From Hydrurus foetidus (lineage: Eukaryota): a stretch of DNA of 59,144 nt. Position numbers and translations under genes: made by a program. The notes beneath the pieces are model-generated. The model did no database searches and had not been told where the DNA came from. It saw only the letters and a list, made by a program, of their open reading frames with translations. Shown in pieces: positions 43,728 through 55,770 of the stretch. The stretch spans positions 1-59,144 of the forward strand of contig UYFQ01000711.1 of assembly GCA_900617105.1 (NCBI GenBank). Direction: 5' to 3'. Every line of letters begins with the position of its first letter. Position 1 is the first letter of the stretch.

Positions 43728-46700
43728 CTACATCTGGAATTTGATGGCTGTATGACGCATCACTTTTTTAATTTTTGGATTTGACTCACATCCGTGTTCT
43801 GTCAAGAAATCAAGTAGAGCGTTGAGATGTTCTTCCCTAAAAGGTTTCAGGGTCACGCAGTCCGCCCCTGCCTTCAGAAATGCATCCACGTCATCGTCTA
43901 GCGCGTTACCAGTGAGTCCTATGATAAGCCCTGTGTAGCCCAGAGATCGTATAATCGATGTTGCTTCAATGCCGCTCATAACGGGCATAGTGTGATCCAT
44001 GAAAATGACGTCATGCACTGCAGGCCGCCTCGCCCCTGCGTCCGTTGAAGGAACCTTGTACAGATCCACAGCTGCTTGGCCGTCATACGCGATGTCGCTG
44101 TCGATGCCCTTACGTCTCAGCAACATCTTCAACATCTTGCAGTTAGATGCGGTATCATCCACCAGTAAAAATCGCAGCCTCCTGTCTTTGAAGCTCCCTG
44201 CGCAGGACATCCCAATCACGGGCCTGCACGCTTCAGTAACACTGCTCGCCCCTGTCACCGCCCTTGATGGCATCTTCACCAACTGGCCGTATACTAGCTG
44301 TCCGGTTACTGACCGTATTTGAACTATCTCCCCCATCTGAATCATTTTAATGTCTTCATCCTCCATCAGTGCTTCATCATGTAGACATGTCATACTAACA
44401 CTTGATTGAAAGCTGGAGCCAATTGCATTGGACTCATTCGCAGATCGGCCTACAAAGCTGTTTTCTTTGCTTTTCAGTCTCCCTATAGTAGTATCTGCAT
44501 CACCTGTGTTCCTGGGCCCCCTCGGATGGAGGGCTGATTTGCTGCTAGATGATCGGAGCACGTTGGGTATGTTGAACGCAACGCTCTTTATCGAACTAGC
44601 GAAGGATTCAAGTGCTGGGAACCGACCGCTAAGATAGGCTTTCTCAGTGGTTTGAAAAGGAATGGAAAACCCAAAAGTGCTCCCCTTCCCCGCCTCGGAC
44701 GAGAATATTATTTTGCCCCCATGTAGGGTCACTACTCTTTTAGCGATGACCAGTCCCAGACCTGATCCCCTCCCATCGCTCTCTTTGTCGTGGGGTCGAA
44801 TCTGGGCAAAGGCGTGGAAAAGTTTTCTCTGTACCTCCGCGTCCACTCCAATACCGTTATCAACAACGAGAATCTTAATTGTCACAGGGCGTTTCGGTGA
44901 TTTGGATCGCATTTTTGATATTTTCTCTTTCATGCTCGTTATGCTGAATTTCCTCATTTCATTAGAGTAGGAATGTCGCTGCCCGTGTGGGGAAACTCTC
45001 GATCTCTTCGCACCTTTGTAGGATCGTGATATGTCTCTCTTTCTGCTGACTGACGTCACAAATGACTCCGACACTGATTGCATGAATGAAGTCTTCTGGG
45101 AGTTGATCACACTCAGCACTATGGTGGAGTCTGGTGCGGAGAACTTTATCGCGTTTTTGAGAAAATTGATAACGACATGTTTCAGCTTTGCTTGATCTCC
45201 AATGAGATGTGTCTTGTTCGATGCAAATATTGCGCCGGAATCATCTTTAATGATATGTATCGATTTTTGATCTGCTTTGCTTTTGATTTTGTGCAGAACA
45301 CTGTCAATGAGAGCATCCAATTTAAACGGTTTCAAGTGTAGCGCCATATCCCCGTCCTCAATTTTGCTCATACTCAGGACGTCATTCAGTGTGTCATTCA
45401 TGAACCCTGCTGCATTATCCATCATGCTAACGACATCTTGCTGGGAAACAATAATATCATCCTTCAATATCGATATTCCCATTGTGATCGTATTTAAAGG
45501 GACTCTCACTTCATGGAAAACATACCGTAAGAATTCTTTCCTACTGTCGCTGACCTTTTTCTCGGATGCAGATTGAAGTATTTTTGATTCCAGAGATAGG
45601 ATTGATATATACGCCATTTTCAGTAGTAGACTGGCTGCCATATTTGCAGCTATTGCATCGTCTGTCTCGAGATGGTTGAGAAAATCTGAGAACATTCATT
45701 TGCAGTGATGGAAGGGTAACACATGTTAAGGAAAAATTATGCATCATTTGAAATAGAATAATTCGAAGTGAATCATATAGCATAGTGTTGTATTTTATTG
45801 TATCACAGCGCATTTATTAGATTGCGTTGTATTTCAGTGAATAGCATATCACGTTATCGCATAACACATTTCATGTCGGTGCACAACATTACGTAATGCA
45901 GAAGATAGAAAGAAGCGGATGAGACACAATAGCCATCGACCAGTCTGCAGTATATGTCACGTAAACAATACTATGCACTCCTTAAATGATTCGGCATGAT
46001 ATAATATGAGAAGTAGTAGTAGTATGAGGGACCTAGGAACTAAAATACTAAAATTTCTAGAAATGCACAACAATGTCCCAAACCTAATGACAAATCGTTC
46101 TGCTAGTAGATGTCATCGAGTGCAACATGACGCGTTAGCATACACATAAATTTCATGCTTACCTAGGGTGTATATCACAGGAAAGAAAGGAAGCACCACG
46201 AAAAGGAGCCACACAAGTTTTCTCTTCAAAGTAAGTCGATCAAGATACCAGCGTTGTGAAAGTTCAACGGACATTCTCAATTTTCTGACAGACCTCTCAG
46301 CTTTAAAGGCCAATAAGATGTTCGCTATATTGGCAAGGAACGAGAAATTGAGAAAAAGATCAGGAAGAGGTTTTATCGATCTTAAAATAGTAAGATCAAA
46401 TTCAAATATGCTAATGCATGATGTAATGTATGATAGGGGTAGTACACAGCTGGCTCTATGACGATGGACTGTGCATACCATACATTTACTAAAATTAATA
46501 GCAGATTTCTGACTGGTCTACTTTCTATTTCCCAGGCTATTTACTTCAAAAGATGGAACAGATAATAGCATTCGTCGCGAAAAAAGTAGTAAAAGGAGAA
46601 TGTACCTGTGGTGCTGAGCAAGGCTGCAGAGAATAATGTGATACCAGTGATGAAGTCTTCCGTGAAGTTATTTGCAAATGCTAGGGCAATGCTTGTAAAC

Positions 46701-47546
46701 ATTAAAGCGATAATACCGCGGTCTTCGGTAGATAGAGCTGGCTTATCCTCAATTGCGATCGCCACATATCCTGTGTGGGTTGCGTTTGTTATGGATATGC
46801 GCTCGAAAAGTAGGTAATTCATATGTAGTTCTGACCTAGAAGTGGCGACGCCACAATCCACTCCGCCCACTGTGTGCTTGGACTGTACACGCCCAAGGAA
46901 TCCCTACAAAACTTCGATCCTGCATAAAATTAAAAAAATTTTCATTGTTATGCGACTTACAAAAGTCACTAAGCGTTGTCATTTAAATGATAGCGCATTT
47001 TTTTTCAAGGTCACCTACGGCGCTTATCTGTAGCCCAGTTGCCGCCCCCCCTATCAAACTTATCGTTGCTGCGCTTGCATATACGCCTCGCAGATGATAC
47101 AGCTCCCTATCAGCCCAGCATCTTATTGAGAACCCATGTGCAATGTTGCACAGCGCTGCTAGGGTGTAACATGCAAGCACAGCTACTGCGACTTTCTCCG
47201 TCCATGGACTGTAAGGCATGTCTATATCACATGCCTCTGTAATCCCACTAAGCAGAAAAGATTGCATCATAATAAAGATTGCTATTGACAAAGGCATCAC
47301 ATAATGCCATTGTCTGCTTATCAGTGTCCCCTTAATATCCAGCGGAATGTCTGATCCTGTGGCCTTTGTACTCCTCGTTTCCAAAAACGGATTCCTCTCA
47401 TTTTGGGCAACTTCGACTACATCTCCCCTATGGCCGTCAAAACTGGCACATATCTGACTTCTGACCTCATCAATTTCCGCATCTGGAAAGTTTCGATTCG
47501 GTAACTGACCATGATCGGACGTGGTATCAAGAATCACGTCAGCCAT
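43728..47546 (-). CDS. Hybrid histidine kinase with N-terminal rhodopsin-like multi-TM domain; exons 47546-47015, 46919-46836, 46770-46606, 46324-46163, 45685-43728; about 966 aa
   Basis: H-box FLRYVFHEVRVPLN, N-box NFLKNAIKFS, DNGIG, GSGLGL; receiver LVDD...FMDHTMP...LTG...KPF. Four phase-1 GT-AG introns join a TM domain with QWAEWIVASPLL and SLLLKMAY. Confidence 0.88.
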
Positions 47547-47763
47547 GGCTGGCTGTGCTTGGCATGGAATCAAAGAGGCGCTGATAGAGACATCACAAAG
47601 CGCGATCCTCGTGAAGTGTCCCGATCTTGAATGCTCGCGTCCAGTTGATATCAGCACGTTGGCTCACTTGGACTTCGTCCTGTAGATTGTAGATTGATCT
47701 TAAGCTAACTGTTCGAGTTCTGAGTTGAAGGTTGCTGTGATTTAGCGTTTAGTACGTAGCTTC

Positions 47764-48129
47764 TGTCGTACGGTTGGCGTTCAGACTCACTGAATGTCAC
47801 ACTAGATCTTCCTGCGTACGCTCTCCTTCTGCAACTTCTGCACGATAGCTAGCAACTGACTCGGCTCGAAGAGAAAGTTCTGCTATTTGTGAGGTTAAAG
47901 GTAATTAACAATGCAACGTGTCTTACATTGTTCATGGAGACAGCCGACAAGATCGCGCTGTCCCACACAGTCAAACATGGTGTACTTTCATTGCTTTCGA
48001 TGTTCCTGGGTTAAAAAGAACTTGGACCGTGTGGAGTAGCGACCCCCACACAGCACACGACGGTGAAACGTCATCAAGCGTACATACGTAATGACTTATA
48101 CGGTTACTTAACACACAGTTATTCCGACA
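47764..48129 (-). repeat. Copia #2 3' LTR
   Basis: Direct repeat of 53766-54131. Confidence 0.96.
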
Positions 48130-48746
48130 CACCCCTATGGCGTGAGTCGTCGGGTAGGGGCTATGTGGATGATTAAAACGCAAAGATAAAATTCAAAATT
48201 GCTCCTTTGACTAGGAGTCATGTATCACAGCATGATGTTTTAGGGTAGGGAGTTAAGGTAATGGTGAGGTTGACCTTTAGGGTGAAGGTAGATACGTTAG
48301 TACACACAGGGTAATATTAGTATCGTACGTTCTGGCTGAAACCGTACGAGCAGTAGAGTTAAACAATGCGGGAGTGATTTTATAGTCAAACAATAGTATG
48401 CTATAAAAATCCTCTCAGCTTTCTGATTGATTAAAGTGATCGAATCTGAATTTCGATCCAGGGTCCAGTCCAGAGTCCTCGCTCCATATAAATCCGATTC
48501 AGGGTCCGGGGTCCTTGGGTCAGGATCCTCTCGCAGTGGGATGTGGGCACGTCTTGTCCGTGTTGTCCGTACGTACATCTCCTGATAGTGCGCGCAGCAG
48601 TCGGGTAGTAGGTAAAGAAGGATGGGCAGCAGTAATGTTGGAAGGGCAGCAGAAATGACGGGGGGTAGCAGATCGGACGGGAAATGGCAGTAGGTATGAC
48701 AGGGGCAACAGGGGTGGTCGGTTCGATGGTGTGAATCGGCCGGGTC

Positions 48747-51700
48747 TCAATTTCTCTTCTTGACTCCTCGTTGAGTCGTTGTAGGTTTAGATGGGTAGGG
48801 GAAGTTGGGGTTGAAGTTGGCTTTTGTTCGTGAGTAAGTCACGGTGCTGTTGGCGCTATCCTCGGTCTTGCAGCCTTCTGCGTAGGTGACGGATGGGGTG
48901 GTGGTGTTTAATAGCTCCTTCCTGAGCTTACGGAATAGTTCCCCTTGTAGTGGCTTGGTTAGGATATCAGCTGTCATGTCTTGTGTAGGTAGGTATTGAA
49001 TGTCGATGTCTCCGGTGCTCAGTCTGTCGTGTAAGAAGAAGTACCGTATGTCGATATGGCGCGTACGTTCGCTGTTCGAACGTCCGTTCCGAATCAGCTG
49101 TATGGTAGACTGGTTGTCTTGATGGATTAGTGCAGGTGGTTGGTGGTGTCCTTGACAGTGTAGGAAGTTTCGTGTCCACAGTACTTGGTTGGCGGAGTCG
49201 CTAAGTGCAACGAGCTCGGCTTCCGTGCTTGATTTGGTCATCAAGCGCTGTGTGCCGCTCTTGGCGTACATCGCTCCCTTTCCCAGGGTAATTACGCAAC
49301 CTGTGTGGCTTTTCATATCGGGATGTATGGCGAAGGATGCATCGACATATGCAATCACATGTATAGGTTCATGTGCTTCAAATGTTACACCCAAGTTCTG
49401 GGTATCCCGTATGTACTGTACCGTACGGATCAACTTATTATAGTCGTCCCTTTGGGGCTTAGTCACTCTCTTGGTCAGGAACGCTACGGCTGTCAGAATA
49501 TCTGGCCTCGTCCTCTTGCTCAGATAGAGTAGCTTCGCTGTAATAGAATGGAAACGCTCACGCAAGTTGTCGGGTAAGGGTGAGTCACATTCGTTAGGTA
49601 CAGTGAATAGGTTAGATTGTGCAGGTGTGTTAGCCTTGCCAGGCATATCCTTACACCCCTCAATGAGGTCTTGCACAAATCCTTCCATAGTCATCTTGAC
49701 GCTGCCTGCCTTAGTAAAGTCAAATGTCATACCTATATAGTTTAGAACTTTGCCGCGGTGTTTAGTTAGACCGGGGTATATAGTTTCAATTTGCTGAATA
49801 ACATCGTCAACGCGAGATTCATTTGAAGCAGTGATAATCATATCATCAACATGAATTACGAGTGAGGTTTGTGTGTTATCTGATTCAGTTCTGTTAAATA
49901 CGCAGATGTCATATTCATTAGCAGTATAATTGAGTTTAATCAAATCATTGGATAGATTATCATACCATAGCTTAGCAGATTCAACGCATCCATATAACGC
50001 TTTTTTAAGTTTAACTATACAAGTTCCATTGTTGTTAATGTATTTATTGTATGTGGCATCAATATCAATTAGTGCCGCAGTCAGTTGTTTGTTCAGACGC
50101 ATGTATACAACATGGTCTCCGGTCAGCGGCATATCACTATTCAGGAATGCACCGGGGAAGTCAACAGTGGCAACAGCACGGTTCTGTCTAGCAGCAATTG
50201 CAGTCAGTATGAATACACTAGATGTGCTAGCAGTAGGTGATGCGCCGTTATTATAAACGTCTCTATCTTGTAAGTGCCCACCGGCGACTAGTCTAGATTT
50301 AAGTTTTTCGAACATGCCATCAGCAGTATACTTTTCTTTCAAGAACATGCTACTAGGTATAATGGTGCGTTTTTGTTGTGGGGTGAGGGATTCATAAGTT
50401 ACACCTTCCCAAACATTCTTATCACACATTTGTTTCAATTCAGATGTGATGGAATCAACAGCTATCACCCCTAACTTATTAATACCTTCATTAACAGTCA
50501 TTTTGTACAGGTGAGTGTGGTTGTAGAACAGATTACCAACATATTTCTTATCCCATTTACCAAGTTGGTGATTTCTACCACTTCTACGTAACACGGGTGA
50601 GTTTACAACAGGTGGGTCATATGCGGTTTCAATTATAGTGGCAGGTGGTGTGAATACTTCAGTGTGTACGGTTACATCAGCAAAGTCGTCTTCATCATCA
50701 CTTATACCAAATATGTCATCTATCAGTGCTTGATCATATTTCGGTGTGGGCACATGTGTATCATCATGTGTGTCATCATAATATAGTTGGTCATTGTCAT
50801 ATGTATTGTCATTCACATATAGTGTGTCATCTACGTACTCATCTAATGTGGGTGGGTGATTTTCGTCATTCATGTCAAGTTGTGTTTCATAGACAGCTTC
50901 TTCGACACTATATTTATTGTCTATGGTACCGTCAGTTTCTACTGCGTAGGCAGGTTGTTCTGTGGTATCATATTCGATATCACCAATGTATTCAGAATCA
51001 TCTTCGACATCGTCATCATCATCAAACACAATGTGACTACTATTCTCGAATACAGGCTGTTTAACATTGGCAGTTTTTCTTTTTGAAGCTAATACATTCA
51101 GGTGTAATATCACTTCGTCAGGCATGGGTAGTACAGTCGCTTTAGTACGTTTCACAATACGTTCGTTAGATAGCAACATATAGTACCATGAACCTTCTAG
51201 ATTGCCGGAGCTCATAAGTGCTATGGCCCCGGCTGTTCTTGGTTTGGTAGAATTATCAATGACATCATTATGCACTTGAACATAATCACCAAAGCCATGT
51301 TTAATCTCCTTGTCTACATCTAACTTTCTTCCGGTTAATTTCTCTCTCGGGCTGATGTGACTAAGTGAGTTACGTGTGGGAGCTAATACAATTCGGCTGA
51401 CTGCATATTTAACTAGCCACACTTCCAGTTTCTCATTTAGGGAGAATGGTAGAGAATTGATTACTGATCTAACCCTCTCCTTTATATGCCGTATCTTACG
51501 TTCAACTACGGCTACGGCTTCTCCGGCTCCGGTAACGTCTAATACTATACCTCTTAGACCGACTTTGTTGTGAAACCATTCAGTGTTAATTGCACCCTCG
51601 CCATCTACTCGGATCATCTTAACTCTGAATCTATACTTTACCATGCTTGCTAGTGAAGTCTTCATGCTGTTCCATATGCTTTTGTGTTCTCTGTTCGCTA

Positions 51701-52630
51701 ACTTATTAACGTATAGAAACTCAATAGGCTGAACAACTGATACTAGGTATGGTACTTGATTAACGAACATTATATCTACATACATAATCTGTTCTGTCTT
51801 GTACTCTATACCTATCAATGGTAACTTCTCTTCTAACTTTGCCTGATGACTAGTGGTCTTCCCCTTAAGGGATCCCACATCCGGTCCCCATATATCCATG
51901 GCTCTGTGTACGTCTCGCGCAGTCACTTTGCTATTAGTCAAATTCCCTTGGGATATCAACTTAATAGTCTGTGCTGCGCTAGCGTAACCTAATCTACGCT
52001 GGTAGTCTCTAGCTAACGACGCGTCTCTGACTTCTCTCACTGTATACTTCTTCTTGTTTTGTTCTACTGTCGTAACTAACATTGGCATGCATTCTGTTAC
52101 CATAGTGTCAAGATTGCATTGGTATATATTCATAGTCTCATCTCGTGAGAATCTATAAAAATATTGTCCACTGACATCTTGCACTATGTACAATCATGGT
52201 CATGTAAGTACTTAACGTCAGTACAGTCACGTACAGCATTACCGAAAGATAGTATATTACCAGCACAGTCAGGGCTATAATACACATTGCCGAACGCCGA
52301 CACCCCACATTTCTTAATTATTAACGGTTTTCCTTTCGGATTCACCCCGCTAACAATCATGGGTGTGGGTGCGTGTTCGACACTGTACAGCAGGGATGAG
52401 TCGTTGAATACCGACTCACCAGCACATGTATCAAGCAGTATGTGTCTACTTCTAATCATGTTATATATATTACATGTATTAACACTAAAAACAATATGAT
52501 CACATGTTTCAATTCCGCTAGTGGAATCAGCCAAACATGGAGGATCGGTGCGTGTATGTATAAGTGTGTGCGGGAATGTAAGTGTGGGTGAGTGTACAGG
52601 TGAGGAATAATGTATCTCGGTTAGTTTACC
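48747..52630 (-). CDS. pol: Copia #2 pol (PR-IN-RT-RNase H), one frame break near 52190
   Basis: LLDTCAGES; IN YVDIMF/VDGE/VERKIR; RT KSRLVAGG, LKKALYG, HVDD; RNase H YVDASFA, SSTEAE, DNQS, ADILTKPL. Confidence 0.92.
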
Positions 52631-53731
52631 GACTTTCCACTGGGTGCTGGTGCACCCGCTTGGCTATCCTTGGCCGTGCACTCGTAAGAGTAGTGTCCGG
52701 CTTCACCGCACTGATTACAGTTCCCGGGACGGGTGCCGTACGACGTACGCCCACCCTTCCCTCTGCCCCCGTTCCCACTGGCTTTCCCTTTCTCAGCCCC
52801 AGGTGGTTCTCACCTCCAGCCGTTTTCGTCGCAAAACGTTGGTCTGGTTGGGTGGGACTGTGCCCGCCGGTTTCTTAGGCGTGACCTTCGCCATCTCGAG
52901 GTACGCGTCCTCTAGCGTGTCCGGCCAGTCTTTGAGCCTATGCTCGTAGTATTCTACGTAGTGCCGGTACCCAGAATTCAACCCATTCATGAATTTCATT
53001 CCAGATAATATCTCGTTATGGGCGGTCATAGCCTCGTTGTATTCTGGCATGACCCCTAGGGCACGCATGGTGTCCTCATATCCAGTCTTCAGCGCTTTGA
53101 AGCGCTGGTAGTAGAACTTCAAGACGTCGTTTGGCTCCATTTTCACAGTCTCGTACGCCATGCGTACTCTCAGCAAATTCTGATCCGCACCTAGTCTCGG
53201 GTCAGACAGGTGGGTCAGAATAATTGCTCGGAGTAGCAGTAGCGGATCCTCCTCTAGCATGGCTGTGATGCCCGATTCCGTCTCTCTTATAGTCGATTTC
53301 GACTGTTCACTGATCTGTCCCAGCATGAGACCGAAAACTTGTTTTCGGTCCTCCCTTAGTGTCAGGACTAGCTTGTCGTAGAGCTCTAGTGCTCTCTTCC
53401 ATTTGGTAGCGGCCATAAACCCAGCATCGAGAGGTATGTCTACCGGAGCGACATATTGCGGGTAAGTACCCGGTATGCCCTCATTGCCGAATATCTCGCA
53501 GATATCGGACTTGTAGTTTGCGCGTGTGTATTCGCGAAACTTTCTCATCCATGCGCTTACGCTACCATGGTTCATCTCTCTTCCAAGATCCAGGAATGCG
53601 CCGATCGCGGCTACCGTCCCTGTTCTTGGTGGAGGCTTCGCACCGCGGCCAGCATTCCCTCTGCCACTGTTGGCAGGGTTTGCTCGACCGCCTGCGGGAT
53701 TGTGATCTCGGCCTCTGCCTCTGCCTTTCAT
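52621..53731 (-). CDS. gag: Copia #2 gag, frame break near 52830 before the zinc knuckle
   Basis: RG-rich N-terminus, similar to Copia #3 gag; CNQCGEAGHYSYEC in the downstream frame, which ends in TAA at 52621. Confidence 0.85.
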
Positions 53732-53765
53732 TGCAGGTTGCAAGTTTGAAAGCAATTGTTAATTA

Positions 53766-54131
53766 TGTCGTACGGTTGGCGTTCAGACTCACTGAATGTC
53801 ACACTAGATCTTCCTGCGTACGCTCTCCTTCTGCAACTTCTGCACGATAGCTAGCAACTGACTCGGCTCGAAGAGAAAGTTCTGCTATTTGTGAGGTTAA
53901 AGGTAATTAACAATGCAACGTGTCTTACATTGTTCATGGAGACAGCCGACAAGATCGCGCTGTCCCACACAGTCAAACATGGTGTACTTTCATTGCTTTC
54001 GATGTTCCTGGGTTAAAAAGAACTTGGACCGTGTGGAGTAGCGACCCCCACACAGCACACGACGGTGAAACGTCATCAAGCGTACATACGTAATGACTTA
54101 TACGGTTACTTAACACACAGTTATTCCGACA
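53766..54131 (-). repeat. Copia #2 5' LTR
   Basis: Direct repeat of 47764-48129. Confidence 0.96.
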
Positions 54132-54155
54132 GCTTCTACCGGGCGACCGAAACGG

Positions 54156-54508
54156 TGTAGTAATATCAGTATTATGTAGACTAGATATTCCGTATACGAA
54201 TTGTGATGCTATTATCTGTATTTCATATTTGAACCACACGTACGGTGTTGCACCACAGCAGTACCGTACTACATATGATATGACGTATTTGATCTAGCAT
54301 AGCCATCAACCTGTTGCGACAACTACCGACTACACTCGACTACTACTGCGTTGCAGCAGTGCTAATTAACCCAAACTCGTAGCCGACAGCGATACTTCTC
54401 TTCTGAGTCCAGACAGAGTGAGTGAAGCCGCATCGGAGAGTGCAGTGGGGAGCTTGTGACCAACCGTATGGGACATACGTCACACCTTTGAGTCCACATT
54501 TCACAACA
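54156..54508 (+). repeat. Probable 5' LTR of Copia #3 (left boundary inferred)
   Basis: TGTAGT...ACAACA, followed by TAATTA as in Copia #1 and #2. The partner LTR is outside the window. Confidence 0.65.
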
Positions 54509-54546
54509 TAATTAGCACTTCATCGTTTCAACAGGAAGTTGCAACG

Positions 54547-55770
54547 ATGAAAGGACGTGGTAGTCCACAGCAACAGCTGGGACGTGGACGAGGCTACTTT
54601 GGAGGTCGTGGTGGCAGAGGATCACCAGCGACTCCAAACCACTACCGTGGTAACATTCCAACCATCGGAGCATATTTGGATCTACCACCTGGGAAGGACA
54701 TTGCCCATGGAGCGGTTACCAAATGGATGGCGAAAATGAAGGAGTACGCTATGACGACTTATAAGTCGAGGGTTAGCATGATCTTCGGCGCTGACGGCAC
54801 CCTGGGTGATTACCCAGTGTATGCCTTGCCAGATCAACCTGGTGCAGATGCATCAGTATACGATACAACTATATGGAAACTAGAAAGAACTGAATACCAG
54901 AGCAACCTTAAAACGCTCGAACAAGATAAGACAAACTTGTACGGAGCAATGTTAGGACAAATGTCCGAAAGCTCCAAGACAAGAATTGGAGAGGTACTGC
55001 TCGGAGTGGAAGCAGGAAATGAATTCGAGCCTAGGAAATTGCTTCAAGCAATTCTGGTGACACATATAGGAGATTCTACATTAGGAGTACAGCATCAGAT
55101 GTACGTGATAACACAACGTTACAACGACCTAGTGATGGGTAGCCATGAGAATCTCAGCATGTACCTCACGAGCACAAAGTCAGCTCTCACTGCTATTCAG
55201 CAGGCGTATGAGATGACTGGCCGTGAAGGATTAGATGAATTGTATCCAGAAGGACAGATGGCCGTCAAGTTTATACTGGGGTTGAATAACAGTTATAATG
55301 AATTCAAATCATTCTTTACAAACGGACTTAAACCTTGGCCTGATTGCCTTGAGTCAGCTTACCAAGAAGCGGCCAAATACAATCCCAAGAGGGCAGCTGG
55401 GAATTCACACGCTGCCATGGAGAGAGCGAATGCCTTCGCTATGACTGGCAGAGGAAACAAAGGCGGCAGAGGAGGATACCCAGGAGGGCACAACGGTCGT
55501 AGTGCACCAAATGCTAGGTGGGTGAAGGATGGCGCTGACTCCCCCGAGGGAGGTAAGAGCGATAGGGGCTCACCGATCGGAGCTTACACAGCAAACAAAT
55601 CCCCACCAGCGGGGTACAGACGAGGCCCCTGCAACAACTGCGGGAAGTACGGTCACCTTGCGGCAGAGTGTAGAGGGGAACCCGCGGACACCCATGTGGA
55701 GTACTGGAAGGATCCCGGATCGAAATCCGGCGGGGGGAAACTTAACACACCACCTGGAAAGGGAAAGTAA
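54547..55770 (+). CDS. gag: Copia #3 Gag, 407 aa
   Basis: RGG-rich termini and CNNCGKYGHLAAEC knuckle. Confidence 0.92.
   Translation: MKGRGSPQQQLGRGRGYFGGRGGRGSPATPNHYRGNIPTIGAYLDLPPGKDIAHGAVTKWMAKMKEYAMTTYKSRVSMIFGADGTLGDYPVYALPDQPGADASVYDTTIWKLERTEYQSNLKTLEQDKTNLYGAMLGQMSESSKTRIGEVLLGVEAGNEFEPRKLLQAILVTHIGDSTLGVQHQMYVITQRYNDLVMGSHENLSMYLTSTKSALTAIQQAYEMTGREGLDELYPEGQMAVKFILGLNNSYNEFKSFFTNGLKPWPDCLESAYQEAAKYNPKRAAGNSHAAMERANAFAMTGRGNKGGRGGYPGGHNGRSAPNARWVKDGADSPEGGKSDRGSPIGAYTANKSPPAGYRRGPCNNCGKYGHLAAECRGEPADTHVEYWKDPGSKSGGGKLNTPPGKGK

Larger units (their letters stand above)
47764..54131 (-). mobile_element. Ty1/Copia LTR retrotransposon #2, recent insertion
   Basis: 366-bp LTRs (47764-48129, 53766-54131) with no difference noticed; TG...CA ends; perfect TSD GCTTC (47759-47763, 54132-54136); PPT AGGGGTG. 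Confidence 0.97.
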
